Position numbers and translations under genes: made by a program
Shown: positions 1 through 11,059 of the stretch, one piece after another
Position numbering within the stretch: position 1 is the stretch's first letter
How the letters are laid out: every line of letters begins with the position of its first letter
The notes under the pieces: generated by a model
What the model saw: only the letters and a program-made list of their open reading frames with translations
Told to the model about the DNA's origin: nothing
The model's database searches: none
Assembly: GCA_048939765.1 (NCBI GenBank)
Contig: JBHLPF010000019.1
Location: 26,234 to 74,843, forward strand
DNA: 48,610 nucleotides
DNA from: Promethearchaeota archaeon
GTDB taxonomy: Archaea > Asgardarchaeota > Thorarchaeia > Thorarchaeales > Thorarchaeaceae
Direction: 5' to 3'

Positions 1-272
1 GTTGTATCATATTTGGCATATCGAAGACAGACGCTATCGCCGAACTTCTCTTTGACTTTCTGCAGCATTTCTGTGATTTTGTCAGTCGGATCTTTTGGAG
101 CTAATGAAATGACCACTGTATCATCATCCATAGTTACTTCAGGAGCAGGCACAGGAGGAGTTGAATCTCCGCACGCATCCTCCTCAACAACAGGATCCTC
201 TTCGACGACACCTATCCCTGGAATCCGTGGAAATACCGTTATTATAACTTCGTCAAGGCACTCCTCTTTCAT
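1..272 (-). CDS. Hypothetical protein, 5' part only (runs off the window edge)
   Basis: Reverse strand reads ATG(272) MKEECLDEVIITVFPRIPGIGVVEEDPVVEEDACGDSTPPVPAPEVTMDDDTVVISLAPKDPTDKITEMLQKVKEKFGDSVCLRYAKYDT without a stop to position 1. It is divergent from the 372 gene and explains the + strand 13..369 ORF as a shadow. Confidence 0.7.
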   Translation of the reverse strand, partial: MKEECLDEVIITVFPRIPGIGVVEEDPVVEEDACGDSTPPVPAPEVTMDDDTVVISLAPKDPTDKITEMLQKVKEKFGDSVCLRYAKYDT

Positions 273-371
273 AGCTGGGGCAACATTGGGATTTGATTTA
301 TCTGTATTGATACAACTAGAACAGGTAATCATCGTTGGAATGAGAAGCAGAGGATCTGAGGTGAAATAGCT

Positions 372-3300
372 ATGCTTGAGCGAGACGCCAACCGTCCTAG
401 ATTCACAGACGAGGAGGCGCTAAAGATTGCTGAGAGTAAATTTGGAGTGACAGGAACCATCAGAGAGCTTCCAAGTGAACGTGATCTGAACTTCTATATC
501 AGAACTGATCTTGGCGACGAGTATATCCTAAAGATTGCCGCCAAATCCGAGAAGGAAGAAATCTTGGATATGCAGAATCGGGCAATGCAGCACTTGGCAG
601 ACAAGCTTGTTTCGTTCAATGTGCCTCGTTTTATCTTGTCGAAGGACGGCGAAGAGATTCTTACCGTTAAAGACTCCAAGAAGAATACGCATTTTGTCAG
701 ACTTCTTCGGTATATACCGGGAACGGTCTTGGCTGAGCTAAAGCCTCACTCTCCTGGCCTTCTCACTGAATTTGGGAGATTCGTGGGTGCAATGACATGC
801 GCCTTAGAAGACTTCTCTCATCCCGCTACGAAGCGGATGTTCTATTGGGATCTCAAACTGGCTAGCTCAGTGATAGAGAAATATAAGGAAAATGTCAAGG
901 AATCCGAGAAAGCTAAAGCCATAGAATATGTCATGTCAATCTATGACAAACATGTAGTTCCGCGAATGCCTGACCTAAGGACCAGCGTTATCCACAATGA
1001 TGCAAATGACTACAATGTTCTAGTTTCAAACCCCTATCCGCTTGAGGAGGCTCGGTTTGGCATTCTGGACTTTGGTGACATGGTGTTGACACATACCATC
1101 AACGAGCTCGCCGTGGCAATCACATATGCCATCCTGGGGAAATCTGATCCAATAGGAGCTGCATCCAAGATAGTCGAAGGCTATCATTCCAAGTATCCCC
1201 TAACCGAGGTTGAAATTGATCTTCTCTTTCCGCTGATTCTGGCACGACTGGCTACAAGCATTGCAATTGCTGGCCATCAGTCACAACTGGAGCCAGACAA
1301 TAAGTATCTACTAGTAAGTCAGGAGAAAGTCTGGGATCTCTTGCAGCGTCTCATGGAAGTTCATTATAGATTCGCTGCATATGCATTCCGCCATGCATGT
1401 GGCCTTCCTCCCTGTGCCAAAAGTGAGAAGGTCGTGGAGTGGCTGAGAGAGAATACTAGAGATATTGGACCACTAGTCGAGTTTGATATCCGAAAAGCTC
1501 CCTTCTCCATAATAGACCTCAGCGTCGGTAGCCCTGACTTTGAGACGATTACTGACCTCACTGACATCGACAAGCTTTCAGCCATTATGACGCGGGGGCT
1601 AGGTGAGGGAGGGGCGAAATACGGCATAGCTAGATACAATGAAGCCAGACTGATCTATGCCGGTGAGCAGTATTCGGAGCCTACGGGGGAGTCAAGGACA
1701 ATTCACCTTGCCATTGACCTGGTATTGGAGCCTAGGACACAGGTTCTAGCTCCTCTTGATGGGAAAGTTCATAGTTTCAAGAATAACAATCTGCCTCTAG
1801 ACAACGGGCCTACTATAATTCTAGAGCACTCAGTCGGTTTTACTGACGATAAATTCTACACACTCTATGCACATCTATCCAAAGGTTCTCTCTTTGACCT
1901 CATCATAGGTGATGAGGTAAAGAAGGGTCAAAAGATTGGCGAAGTAGGATCATATCCAGAGAATGGCGGGTGGCCTCCTCATCTACACTTCCAACTCATT
2001 ACGGACATGTTTGAGAGGGAGGGTGACTTCTATGGTGTGGCTCCCGCGAGCATGAGAGATGTATGGCTAAGTATCTGTCCGGACCCGAATGTTATCCTTC
2101 AGCTACCAGAAGACAAGCTATCAGCACCTGTGGATACGGAAGTAGTCTTGGAGGCTCGCAAGAGATACATAGGCAAGTCACTTAGGACGGCTTACGATGA
2201 GCCGCTTCATATTGTCCGCGGCGAGATGCAATACTTGTATGATGCAAATGGAAAGCAATACTTGGATGCCAGAAACAATGTTCCGCATGTAGGACATTCT
2301 AATCCTAGAGTTGTAGATGCACTCACACGCCAAGCAATGGTGCTAAACACAAACACTACATATCTCCATGAGAACTTGGCGAAGTATGCAGAACGGCTGT
2401 GCGAAAAACTGCCTGACCCACTTAGTGTATGTTTCTTTGTCAACAGTGGAAGCGAAGCGAATGAGCTTGCCCTAAGACTGGCATTTGCACACACCAAGCA
2501 GACCGAATTGATTGTAATTGATGGAGCATATCATGGAAACACTGGCACTCTTGTGGGCATCAGTCCCTACAAGTTTGATGGACCGGGAGGTGAGGGTGCG
2601 CCACCACATGTGCATAAGGTGAGTGCTCCGGACACTTACAGAGGTCTCTTCAAGTCTGATAATCCAGAGGCTGGTGAGAAATATGCCATGGACGTTCTCA
2701 AGAAGATTCTTGACTTCGATGAGGGGAAAGGAGTAGCCGCGTTCATCTGTGAGCCAGTGATGGGTTGCGCAGGGCAAATCATATTTCCCGATAATTATCT
2801 CCGAGATGCGTTTGGCTATGTTCGGGATGCCGGAGGAGTATGCATCGTAGATGAAGTGCAGGTGGGATTCGGCAGGGTTGGGAGTCACTTCTGGGGCTTT
2901 GAAACGCAGGGCGTTGTTCCTGACATTGTGACGCTTGGCAAACCAATCGGAAATGGCCATCCAATAGGTGCTGTCATTACAACACCAGAGATCGCAGAGT
3001 CCTTCAATACAGGGATGGAGTTCTTTAGCACCACAGGCGGAAACACGGTTTCATGTGCAGTGGGGATGGCTGTGCTTGATATAATCGAAGAGGAGAATCT
3101 GCAGAAGAACGCCTACGAAGTTGGATATTTCATGATTGATGAACTTTACAAACTGAAGAAGAAACATCAAATCATAGGTGATGTGAGAGGGCTTGGTCTA
3201 TTCATGGGAGTGGAACTGGTGCTCAATCGTGAGATTCTAACTCCTGCAACTGAACAGGCCAGTTACGTGTCCAATCGGATGAAAGATCTTGGTATTCTCA

Positions 3301-3440
3301 TTGGCACGGATGGTCCTTTCAGTAATGTTCTCAAAATCAAACCCCCTCTTGTGTTTACCAGGGATAACGCTGAGCTCTTCATCAAAACACTTGATCGCGT
3401 ACTGGCTGAGGATTTTGTGAAGTATGCAATATCGGGATGA
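372..3440 (+). CDS. Trifunctional fusion: APH/hydroxylysine-kinase-like phosphotransferase + M23-like metallopeptidase domain + class III PLP aminotransferase/phospho-lyase (AGXT2L-like)
   Basis: Kinase motifs HNDANDYN and DFGD. M23 motifs HLAID (HxxxD), LYAHL and HLHFQ. Class III motifs [17 protein letters not shown] and TLGKPIGNG (PLP lysine). SD-like GAGGTG upstream. Confidence 0.88.
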   Translation: MLERDANRPRFTDEEALKIAESKFGVTGTIRELPSERDLNFYIRTDLGDEYILKIAAKSEKEEILDMQNRAMQHLADKLVSFNVPRFILSKDGEEILTVKDSKKNTHFVRLLRYIPGTVLAELKPHSPGLLTEFGRFVGAMTCALEDFSHPATKRMFYWDLKLASSVIEKYKENVKESEKAKAIEYVMSIYDKHVVPRMPDLRTSVIHNDANDYNVLVSNPYPLEEARFGILDFGDMVLTHTINELAVAITYAILGKSDPIGAASKIVEGYHSKYPLTEVEIDLLFPLILARLATSIAIAGHQSQLEPDNKYLLVSQEKVWDLLQRLMEVHYRFAAYAFRHACGLPPCAKSEKVVEWLRENTRDIGPLVEFDIRKAPFSIIDLSVGSPDFETITDLTDIDKLSAIMTRGLGEGGAKYGIARYNEARLIYAGEQYSEPTGESRTIHLAIDLVLEPRTQVLAPLDGKVHSFKNNNLPLDNGPTIILEHSVGFTDDKFYTLYAHLSKGSLFDLIIGDEVKKGQKIGEVGSYPENGGWPPHLHFQLITDMFEREGDFYGVAPASMRDVWLSICPDPNVILQLPEDKLSAPVDTEVVLEARKRYIGKSLRTAYDEPLHIVRGEMQYLYDANGKQYLDARNNVPHVGHSNPRVVDALTRQAMVLNTNTTYLHENLAKYAERLCEKLPDPLSVCFFVNSGSEANELALRLAFAHTKQTELIVIDGAYHGNTGTLVGISPYKFDGPGGEGAPPHVHKVSAPDTYRGLFKSDNPEAGEKYAMDVLKKILDFDEGKGVAAFICEPVMGCAGQIIFPDNYLRDAFGYVRDAGGVCIVDEVQVGFGRVGSHFWGFETQGVVPDIVTLGKPIGNGHPIGAVITTPEIAESFNTGMEFFSTTGGNTVSCAVGMAVLDIIEEENLQKNAYEVGYFMIDELYKLKKKHQIIGDVRGLGLFMGVELVLNREILTPATEQASYVSNRMKDLGILIGTDGPFSNVLKIKPPLVFTRDNAELFIKTLDRVLAEDFVKYAISG

Positions 3441-3656
3441 ATCTAGACCGAGTCTATGAACGAAGTGACTGCTCAGATTCCAGATGAGTTCCGGTATATC
3501 AACGAACTACGGTCACATATAGGCTTGAAAGGATCTGTATTCTACAATCCACAGGACTGACTACCAGAGTAAATGGAAAGCACTTAAACGGTGCTTGCAC
3601 TACATTCTAAGTTGTTCCCTCCATCACAATTGGCTCCCACCATTGGAGAAATCAGT

Positions 3657-6053
3657 ATGCCCTTCCAGATTCCAGACTGCGCATGGACTATTTCACTGAA
3701 TGAGGGTCCACTGCAACCAGGAAGGCCTAGAAGCTATCCTATGGGTCTTGAGCCAAGCATGGTCTGGCCTAATTTGGCGGAGGTACCGATTGATCTTGAT
3801 GAGCAATTCTGGGAAATGCTTCCATGCCCTCCAACCAAGCCAATTGATGATGGCTTCGATCAAGGAATTCCCATAGGAGGTTTGGGTTGCGGCAGTATTG
3901 GACGAGGGTATAAGGGTGATTTCGCCAGATGGCATCTCCGAACTGGTGCGCATGAATATCATCCTTCGTTACCCAACCAATTTCACCTGAGAGTTGAGGG
4001 AATGGGGCGTCCATTTCTTCAGACATTGAACCCAAGAAATCCAAAAGGAAAGCGGCTATCCTCATGGAGTTGGGGAATGCGAGCCTCACGTGCTACATAT
4101 TATGCGTTGTTCCCGCGAGCATGGACAACCTATAACTTCCGAGACGCTGGAATTGAGGCTACATGCCAGCAGCTTTCTCCTGTCATTGGGCATAATTATC
4201 AGGAGAGTTCCTATCCTGTAGGCGTCTTTTCATGGAGAATAGCAAACGTAGCGGACAAGAGTCTTGATGTTTCATTGATGTTCACCTGGGAAAATGCAGT
4301 ATCCCCCACTCAGCCTAGCATTGATTGCACACACTCCCTCTTTGAATCATCAAATCCCAGCCGCCTTTTCTTGGATCTTCGACAAGAGCGTACTGAGGCT
4401 GCAAGCCCTGTTTCCTTTGGAATGGGAGTCGAGGGCTCTAAGGATACGGAACTCACAAGTCTCACCCGATTTAATACTGAGTCAAGGGGCCGTCAGCCAT
4501 GGAGGAGTTTCAAGTCAAACGGAGTCTTGGTGGAATCAGAGCCGAAACCAACAAGGAAACCTCACAAGGAAGGCGGCGCACTTTGTGCGAAAGCACACCT
4601 GGAGCCTGAAGGATCAACTGAGATCGTCTTTGCACTTAGTTGGGATATCCCGATAATCCAGTTTGGAGAAGGCCGAAGATGGTACAAGTACTACACGCGA
4701 TTCTATGGAACCAATGGAGAATACGCTGTTCCGCTGGTTAAGGAAGCTCTTGACAACTGGAGATCTTGGGAAGATAGTATTGTGCAGTGGCAAAGGGCTA
4801 TTGTGGATTCAGACCGACCTACATGGCTCAAAACTGGCCTTATTAATGAATTATATTTCTTGGTCGACAGCAGTTCTGCATGGGTTGTTGGAGAGGTTGA
4901 TGATAAGGTCGGTGTAAGGGGTTTGGGTCATTTCGGATATCTGGAATGTTTCGAATATCCCTACATGAATACATATGATGTGTTGTACTATGCATCGTTT
5001 GCAACCTTGATGAACTGGCCTGAGCTTGACAACAGCATTCAGAGAGATTTCGCAGATGCAATTGATATTAACGACGATCGACCGCATACCCTACTTGTTG
5101 ATAAGAAGGTAGTTCCCCGAAAACCCAAGGGTGCAGTGCCCCATGACCTGGGGATGCCACAGGAAGACCCCTGGTACTCAACAAATGCTTACGCCTACCT
5201 AGATTGCGGAAGATGGAAGGACCTTAATTCGAAATTTGTACTCCAGGTCTATCGGAATTATGCATTCACGAAGGATGAGGAATTCCTCAAGTATTGTTGG
5301 CCTGCCGTGAAGCATGCTATGGAATATGTTGACACATTCGATAAGGATCTTGATGGCATTCCAGAAAATGAAGGATGTCCTGACCAGACTTATGATAACT
5401 GGATGATGGAAGGCCCCAGCGCTTATTGTGGTAGTCTATATCTAGGTGCAGCTCAGGCAATGATTGCCATATCGAGGTTACTCGATGACGAGAGCACTGA
5501 GCAGAAATACCGCATGATAATGGAATCTGGGCAACGGTCCTTTAATGAGAAGCTCTGGAACGGACGATATTACGACTTCGATAGTAGCAACGCAAGGCAT
5601 CATGACAGTATTATGGCCGATCAGCTGGCTGGGCAATGGTACATGCATGTCTGTGGCTTACCAGACATAGTGCCTAGGGAGAATGCTATCTCGGCATTGC
5701 AGACAATATACAACTTCAATGTGCTTCGGTTTCAGCTTGGCCAGATAGGCGCAGTGAATGGGATGAGGCCTGATGGAACTCCTGACAACACCTGTGCTCA
5801 AAGCTCAGAAGTCTGGACAGGAACGACCTATGCGCTTGCTGCCTTCATGATTCATTTAGGACTTGTTGAGCAGGGACTAAAGACAGCACTTGGCATTTAC
5901 AATATGACATACAAGGAGAGAGGCTACTGGTTCCGGACGCCTGAGGCATGGACTGAACAGGGTAATTTCCGAGCCTCGATGTATATGCGTCCCCTGTCAA
6001 TCTGGGCTATAGAACATGCTCTCCTACGCCGTGAGCAGTCAGATTTTCTATAA
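3657..6053 (+). CDS. GH116 family glycosidase (GBA2 / non-lysosomal glucosylceramidase-like beta-glucosidase)
   Basis: Motifs GIPIGGLGCGSIGR, YYALFPRAW, FGYLECFEY, NTYDV, VPHDLG, DQTYDNW, SSEVWTG, FRTPEAW and YMRPLSIW are typical of GH116. Start chosen at ATG 3657 after GGAG; the ORF is open from 3591. Confidence 0.93.
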   Translation: MPFQIPDCAWTISLNEGPLQPGRPRSYPMGLEPSMVWPNLAEVPIDLDEQFWEMLPCPPTKPIDDGFDQGIPIGGLGCGSIGRGYKGDFARWHLRTGAHEYHPSLPNQFHLRVEGMGRPFLQTLNPRNPKGKRLSSWSWGMRASRATYYALFPRAWTTYNFRDAGIEATCQQLSPVIGHNYQESSYPVGVFSWRIANVADKSLDVSLMFTWENAVSPTQPSIDCTHSLFESSNPSRLFLDLRQERTEAASPVSFGMGVEGSKDTELTSLTRFNTESRGRQPWRSFKSNGVLVESEPKPTRKPHKEGGALCAKAHLEPEGSTEIVFALSWDIPIIQFGEGRRWYKYYTRFYGTNGEYAVPLVKEALDNWRSWEDSIVQWQRAIVDSDRPTWLKTGLINELYFLVDSSSAWVVGEVDDKVGVRGLGHFGYLECFEYPYMNTYDVLYYASFATLMNWPELDNSIQRDFADAIDINDDRPHTLLVDKKVVPRKPKGAVPHDLGMPQEDPWYSTNAYAYLDCGRWKDLNSKFVLQVYRNYAFTKDEEFLKYCWPAVKHAMEYVDTFDKDLDGIPENEGCPDQTYDNWMMEGPSAYCGSLYLGAAQAMIAISRLLDDESTEQKYRMIMESGQRSFNEKLWNGRYYDFDSSNARHHDSIMADQLAGQWYMHVCGLPDIVPRENAISALQTIYNFNVLRFQLGQIGAVNGMRPDGTPDNTCAQSSEVWTGTTYALAAFMIHLGLVEQGLKTALGIYNMTYKERGYWFRTPEAWTEQGNFRASMYMRPLSIWAIEHALLRREQSDFL

Positions 6054-6057
6054 AGAA

Positions 6058-6107
6058 TAGAGGGAGGGTTGCGATTTTCATCAGCAACCTCCTCTCTTGT
6101 TTTTGTT
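6058..6107. terminator. Hairpin between convergent GH116 and SBP genes (probable bidirectional terminator)
   Basis: Imperfect inverted repeat AGAGGGAGGGTTGC ... GCAACCTCCTCTCT followed by TGTTTTTGTTT. Confidence 0.6.
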
Positions 6108-8092
6108 TACTCCGATCTACGCATGTACAGCACAATGACGACAATAACCGCCAGGATTGCAATTCCAGCTCCTATAATGATAAGAGTGTAATCCTCTGGA
6201 GGCGGAGGTGGAGTCGTAGCTCCTGTTGCTTCCAACGCGAAGACGATGGCGAGCAAGTTTGCATTTTGCGTAGTGCCTGCAAAGGGACTGCTTGGTAGCA
6301 TTGGATTAGTAACACTATTCGGCCAATTATCCCAGTAGGTAGTACTATAGACCTGCCAGTCAGCATGTCCTGCCAATGGTATGACCGGCATTACTTCACC
6401 TAGAATCTCTTGCATCTCATTAGCGATGGCCCATTGTTGAGCTGAGCCAGCAGGGAAGGTATCAAGTGCCTCAATGTCGTCAATGAATGTCTGGTTATAC
6501 CAGCCGCCTAGAGGTGCATTCACTCCTCCGCCTGCGCTGGAGCTCTCAGGTGAGAACATCTGGAAGTAGCGCTCATACATGTTCATGTTTATCTGACCAG
6601 ACATGACCATGTCAGCGAGATCAAACTGGAAATTGTTCATTCTCACCTGAACAGTGCCCCATCCGCTAATGAACTCCACTTGAGTATTGATGTGGAGTTC
6701 GCTGGAAAATGCCTGAGCTGCTACTTGGTCCATAGCATTGACGTCTGTCCATCCCATGAAGTCAAGGATTGTATATGGAGCGGTTGTATTGGATTCGTAG
6801 TTCCATTCCTGGAGTGGATAGTGCTGGATGGGGTCACTGGGTGTGACTCCTTGCTTTGTCCACCAGACTCCAGTCACGTCGTCAAACGTACAGTACGTTT
6901 CTAGGATGTCAATTGCAGCGGCTACGTCGTATTCAATCGCGTACTCGTCTTCGATTGTTCCATTCAGTAGTGCTCTTGCAGCTTCATCGTCCGCAGGAAT
7001 CAGCATGGGACTAGGATCCTTCAAGTAACCACTGGAAACAGCGCTCATAGCTGTGTAGTTCAGCACCGAAGCCATAGCCTTGTGGAGCCAAGTCTGATTC
7101 AGCGGATAGTTCTTGTGGTTTGGCACAAGCATTACTGGTGACTTGTCAGGGAAGTATGGCAGGTCATCGAAGTAGGTGACTATGTTCGGATATTCTGCCT
7201 TTACCTCCGTCAGTCCCGCAAGGTAATTGCCGTCCCAGTCAAGATCTCCACCCTCCATTGCGAGAAGCGCGAGGTCGTTGCTAGAGTATGATGTATAGCC
7301 GAAGTAGTTCGGTTCTGGCAGTCTGCCGAAATCCGTGTCATCTACGCCCCACCAGTTGTCATTAACTTCACCAATTGTGCTTGAGGCGTCATGGAAGTAC
7401 GGTAGGTACATGCCAGATGCTACTCTCCACTTGGCTGGAACCATTTCGGTATCTTGCCAGTCATTGGTGTATGTTGACAGGTCACCACTATATGTTGTAT
7501 TGATGTCTTCCCATACCGCCTTGGGGAAGATGAGAAAGCCGTAAGTTAGTTGGCGATAGACCTCACTGCTTCCTTCATATGCTGGTAGAACGTGCACGTT
7601 CAATACTGTATTGCTCACTTTTTCGAAGGCTGTACTGACATCTCCCACTCTCTGGACCAGAGATCCCAGTTGACCAGTTTGCTGAAGTATTTCGAACGAG
7701 AAGATGACATCATCAGTTGTTATAGCTGTAGTATTCGAAACGAGGCTACTTCCTATTGAAGTCCAGTGAAGATTGCTCCTCAATGTAATCTGTAAAGTGT
7801 CATTGCCTTGCCACTCGATGCTATCACCTAGCCAGCTAATGATTTCTCCCGTTGCTACGTTAGTCCCGAACATGGGTTCATACATCAGGTAGGTCGTCCA
7901 TCCTTGATTTGAGCCCATATTCCAGGGTTGGTAGCTTCCAGTGTTCATCCCGAAGCCGGCTCCCCATACCGTTTCGCTTCTCGGTACAGTGGTTTGTGCG
8001 AAGACTGGCTTCATATTGAAACTGGATAAGACCGTTGCAGCCACTATGATACTTATGACCAAAACGGTTGCAGTCTTATTTCCTCTATTCAC
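6107..8092 (-). CDS. ABC transporter substrate-binding protein, family 5 (oligosaccharide-binding, Thermotoga cellobiose-binding-protein-like), C-terminally membrane anchored
   Basis: N-terminal signal peptide, VPRSETVW, YEPMF and DWDGNYL motifs, TTPPPPP linker, TM helix and basic tail. AGGAGGAG upstream of GTG. Same strand as oppBCDF and GH94. Confidence 0.88.
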   Translation of the reverse strand: MNRGNKTATVLVISIIVAATVLSSFNMKPVFAQTTVPRSETVWGAGFGMNTGSYQPWNMGSNQGWTTYLMYEPMFGTNVATGEIISWLGDSIEWQGNDTLQITLRSNLHWTSIGSSLVSNTTAITTDDVIFSFEILQQTGQLGSLVQRVGDVSTAFEKVSNTVLNVHVLPAYEGSSEVYRQLTYGFLIFPKAVWEDINTTYSGDLSTYTNDWQDTEMVPAKWRVASGMYLPYFHDASSTIGEVNDNWWGVDDTDFGRLPEPNYFGYTSYSSNDLALLAMEGGDLDWDGNYLAGLTEVKAEYPNIVTYFDDLPYFPDKSPVMLVPNHKNYPLNQTWLHKAMASVLNYTAMSAVSSGYLKDPSPMLIPADDEAARALLNGTIEDEYAIEYDVAAAIDILETYCTFDDVTGVWWTKQGVTPSDPIQHYPLQEWNYESNTTAPYTILDFMGWTDVNAMDQVAAQAFSSELHINTQVEFISGWGTVQVRMNNFQFDLADMVMSGQINMNMYERYFQMFSPESSSAGGGVNAPLGGWYNQTFIDDIEALDTFPAGSAQQWAIANEMQEILGEVMPVIPLAGHADWQVYSTTYWDNWPNSVTNPMLPSSPFAGTTQNANLLAIVFALEATGATTPPPPPEDYTLIIIGAGIAILAVIVVIVLYMRRSE

Positions 8093-8373
8093 TTAGTATT
8101 CTCCTCCTAAGTATTTACGCGATTAGATAAGCTGTTTGAATGAAATACATAAGCATTTACGTGGGTCTTAGCGAAAAAAAAAGCGGCAGAAGCAGTGAAT
8201 TGCTGTAAAAAAATTTGGAATGGGACTTGAGGCGATTCTAGAATTATATGAGTGAATCCGGAAGGACTAAGAGGCAATTCCCGTCGTGACGTGAAAGAGC
8301 GATGTAGGTTTCAAGGAAATGCTTTCTGTTCAGGGGCGTTTCTATTGAAAAACTTCCCAGTTCTTTGGGAGGT

Positions 8374-9195
8374 TTAGCACACATCCTCCCACTTCTCATA
8401 CAGACTCGGAACTGCTGCAAGAAGTTCCTGTGTGTAGGGGTGCTTCGGCATAGTAAACACGTCGTTGACTGAGCCTTGTTCGACTATTTCTCCTTCCTTC
8501 ATGATAAGAACCCTCTCAGAAACATATTGGGCTTGACCGATATCGTGTGTTATGAATAGCACAGACAACTGCCTTTCCTCTCTCAGCCTAAGGAGCAGGT
8601 TCAAGACTCCAGCTCTAGTTGATGCATCAATCATGCTAGTAGGTTCATCAGCTATCAATAGATGTGAGCCAATGAGAAGAGATCTTCCAATAAGTAGCCT
8701 CTGCATCTGGCCACCGCTTAGCTCGTGTGGGTATCTGCCCAACACTTCGCTGGAGTTTAGTCCGATAGACGCAAAAGTGGTTTCTATAATCTCCCTTCTT
8801 TCGTCATTGTCAAGCTTGCTTTCGCGGAGACCAAAAGCCCGGTCAATCACATGGTCGACTTTGTAGAACGGATTGAATGCAGCGTAGGGGTCCTGAAATA
8901 CTGCTTGCACTTGTCTATAGTACTCTCGCAAGTCGTATGAATAGATGCTTCTGCCGTTGAGGATGATATTTCCAGAAGTTGGCTCAATCAATCTCAGTAT
9001 CATATTGGCTATTGTTGATTTTCCACTGCCACTCTCACCTGCAAGAGAAACGATTTCCCCTCTTTTGATATCAAAAGTTGCGTTCTTTGCGCCCGTGACG
9101 GTCTTTGTTCTAACGAGGCCTGATGTGTACGACTTGGTTAGATTCTCACAGCCTAGGATTATCTCCCTGTTTACGCTTCTCTGCTTGTTTTCCAT
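8374..9195 (-). CDS. oppF: Opp/Dpp-type ABC ATP-binding subunit (OppF-like)
   Basis: Walker A GESGSGKST, signature LSGGQ, Walker B IADEPTS, HPYT. Confidence 0.92.
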   Translation of the reverse strand: MENKQRSVNREIILGCENLTKSYTSGLVRTKTVTGAKNATFDIKRGEIVSLAGESGSGKSTIANMILRLIEPTSGNIILNGRSIYSYDLREYYRQVQAVFQDPYAAFNPFYKVDHVIDRAFGLRESKLDNDERREIIETTFASIGLNSSEVLGRYPHELSGGQMQRLLIGRSLLIGSHLLIADEPTSMIDASTRAGVLNLLLRLREERQLSVLFITHDIGQAQYVSERVLIMKEGEIVEQGSVNDVFTMPKHPYTQELLAAVPSLYEKWEDVC

Positions 9196-9199
9196 TTTG

Positions 9200-10207
9200 C
9201 TATCCCTCCTTTGAATTCAATAACCAACAGGCCGCTCCCTTCTTTCCCTCTTCAATCATCATCATTGGTGGCTCCTTGGTCTTGCAGATGTCCATAACAT
9301 ACGGACATCGTGGGTGGAATCTGCACCCTGAGGGAGGTGATCTTAGGTCAGGTGGCGATCCTGGGATGCTTTTGAGGTCGCCTGTTCTTCGTCCTTTCGA
9401 GTCATAGGACGCTATTGCAGCTGTGAGCAAACGAGAGTATGGATGGAGGGGTTCATTGATTGTTCCATCCATATCCCCTATCTCTGCTATTTTTCCAGCA
9501 TACATGACCATGCATTCGCCGCAGAGCTGTCTTAGACTTGTCAAGTCATGAGAGATGTATAGCATGCTTTCAATAATCCCTTTTTGCTTCAGGTTCAAGA
9601 GAGCTCTTATCATTCGTTTTTGTGAGGTCACATCAAGTGCGGAGGTCGGTTCATCTATTATGAGGAGTTTGGGATTCCACAGAGTTGATATCGCAATCAC
9701 GATTCTTTGTTTCATGCCACCACTAAGCTCGTGCGGGTAGCGATCCAACACTGACTTGTCCAATCCCAGTGCCTTGATGTGGTCTGCTGCCATTTCAAGA
9801 ACTTCTTCTTTGCGTTCCCTTGAGGAGACTCTTCTGCCAGTGCGCTGTCCCACAACATCGAAAATGAAGTCCCTTATCCTTTTGACTGGATTTAGAGACT
9901 CCATGGAGGCTTGAGGCACATAGGACATGCGCTTGCACTTGATTTCTGTTCTGAGTTCTTCGGGATTAATATTGTATATGTCAATCCCTTCAACTAGAAT
10001 TTTCCCTCCTTCATGGTGTAGCAGTGGAGGTGGTGAGCCTGAAACAAGTTGCGCCAGCGTGGATTTTCCACCGCCTGATTCGCCCGCAATACCCATTATC
10101 ACGCCGCGGTCTAAACTAAACGAAACTCCATCAACAGCATGAACAACACCAAATACGCCCCTATAGTAGCCCCTTAGGTCTTCCACTTCGAGAATATGCT
10201 TCGCCAA
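9200..10207 (-). CDS. oppD: Opp/Dpp-type ABC ATP-binding subunit (OppD-like)
   Basis: GESGGGKST, LSGGMKQR, IIDEPTSALD, C-terminal GCRFHPRCP..C..C (oligo_HPY). Confidence 0.92.
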   Translation of the reverse strand: MAKHILEVEDLRGYYRGVFGVVHAVDGVSFSLDRGVIMGIAGESGGGKSTLAQLVSGSPPPLLHHEGGKILVEGIDIYNINPEELRTEIKCKRMSYVPQASMESLNPVKRIRDFIFDVVGQRTGRRVSSRERKEEVLEMAADHIKALGLDKSVLDRYPHELSGGMKQRIVIAISTLWNPKLLIIDEPTSALDVTSQKRMIRALLNLKQKGIIESMLYISHDLTSLRQLCGECMVMYAGKIAEIGDMDGTINEPLHPYSRLLTAAIASYDSKGRRTGDLKSIPGSPPDLRSPPSGCRFHPRCPYVMDICKTKEPPMMMIEEGKKGAACWLLNSKEG

Positions 10208-10213
10208 GAGTAA

Positions 10214-11059
10214 TCAGACCCTCCGTAGCTTTGGGTTAAATACCTCATCCAGGCCCGCGTGGATGACGAAGAATGCTGTCAGTATCACAGTTAACACAAT
10301 GCCCGGAGGGATAAACCACCACCAGATATTCCACCAGAAAGGAACAATCGTTTCATGCTGTGCCCAGTACAGCATATACCCCAAAGTGATTGTGCGGGTC
10401 GTGGAAACGCCTATCATGCTGAGTGCAGATTCAGCCAATATGGCTGTTCCAGTCAATATAACAAAGACCATCATAATATAGGCCAACATATTTGGCAAGA
10501 TCTCTATCACCACTATCCGCACGTTCCTGTCTCCAGACATACGAGCCAGATTCACAAACTCTCTCTCCTTGAGGGTAAGCATCTGTGACCTTATGCTCCT
10601 TGCTGCCCATGGCCAAGACGTCACTGCCAATATCACACCTATCAGGAACAAGTTCAGGCCGCGCACCACCGATGCAATAATGATGAAGAGAGGTATTAGA
10701 GGGAGTACTAGAGCAAGGTTGGTCACCAGGTTGGAAATCCTGTCCGCCAGCCCCCCTCTATACGGACCCACAGCTCCAACAAAGATAGCTATCAATGTTC
10801 CCAGACTGCCAGCCACTAGTCCAACCAAGAGTGAGTTGCCAATAGCACTACATAACTGGGCAAAAACATCTTCTCCGAAACTCGTTGTACCCAGAATATG
10901 TTCGAAGCTTGGAGGCTGACCCATTATACTCAGGTTCATGTTGTATGGGTCGGCAACAAAGAGTGGTCCTAGTGTGCCAATGAGAATGAATATGAGCAAG
11001 ACCGCCAAACCAAACATGGCCTTTCGGCTTTTCAGCAATAGCTCCCACATTTCTATCAC
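10214..11059 (-). CDS. oppC: ABC permease (OppC-like)
   Basis: HILGTTSFGEDV, EAA-like loop KEREFVNLARMSG, WWWFIPPG, ends NPKLR. Confidence 0.9.
   Translation of the reverse strand: MIEMWELLLKSRKAMFGLAVLLIFILIGTLGPLFVADPYNMNLSIMGQPPSFEHILGTTSFGEDVFAQLCSAIGNSLLVGLVAGSLGTLIAIFVGAVGPYRGGLADRISNLVTNLALVLPLIPLFIIIASVVRGLNLFLIGVILAVTSWPWAARSIRSQMLTLKEREFVNLARMSGDRNVRIVVIEILPNMLAYIMMVFVILTGTAILAESALSMIGVSTTRTITLGYMLYWAQHETIVPFWWNIWWWFIPPGIVLTVILTAFFVIHAGLDEVFNPKLRRV

Noticed and set aside
13-369. 118-aa + strand ORF
   Set aside because: Ser/Thr-rich antisense shadow of the minus-strand CDS starting at 272.
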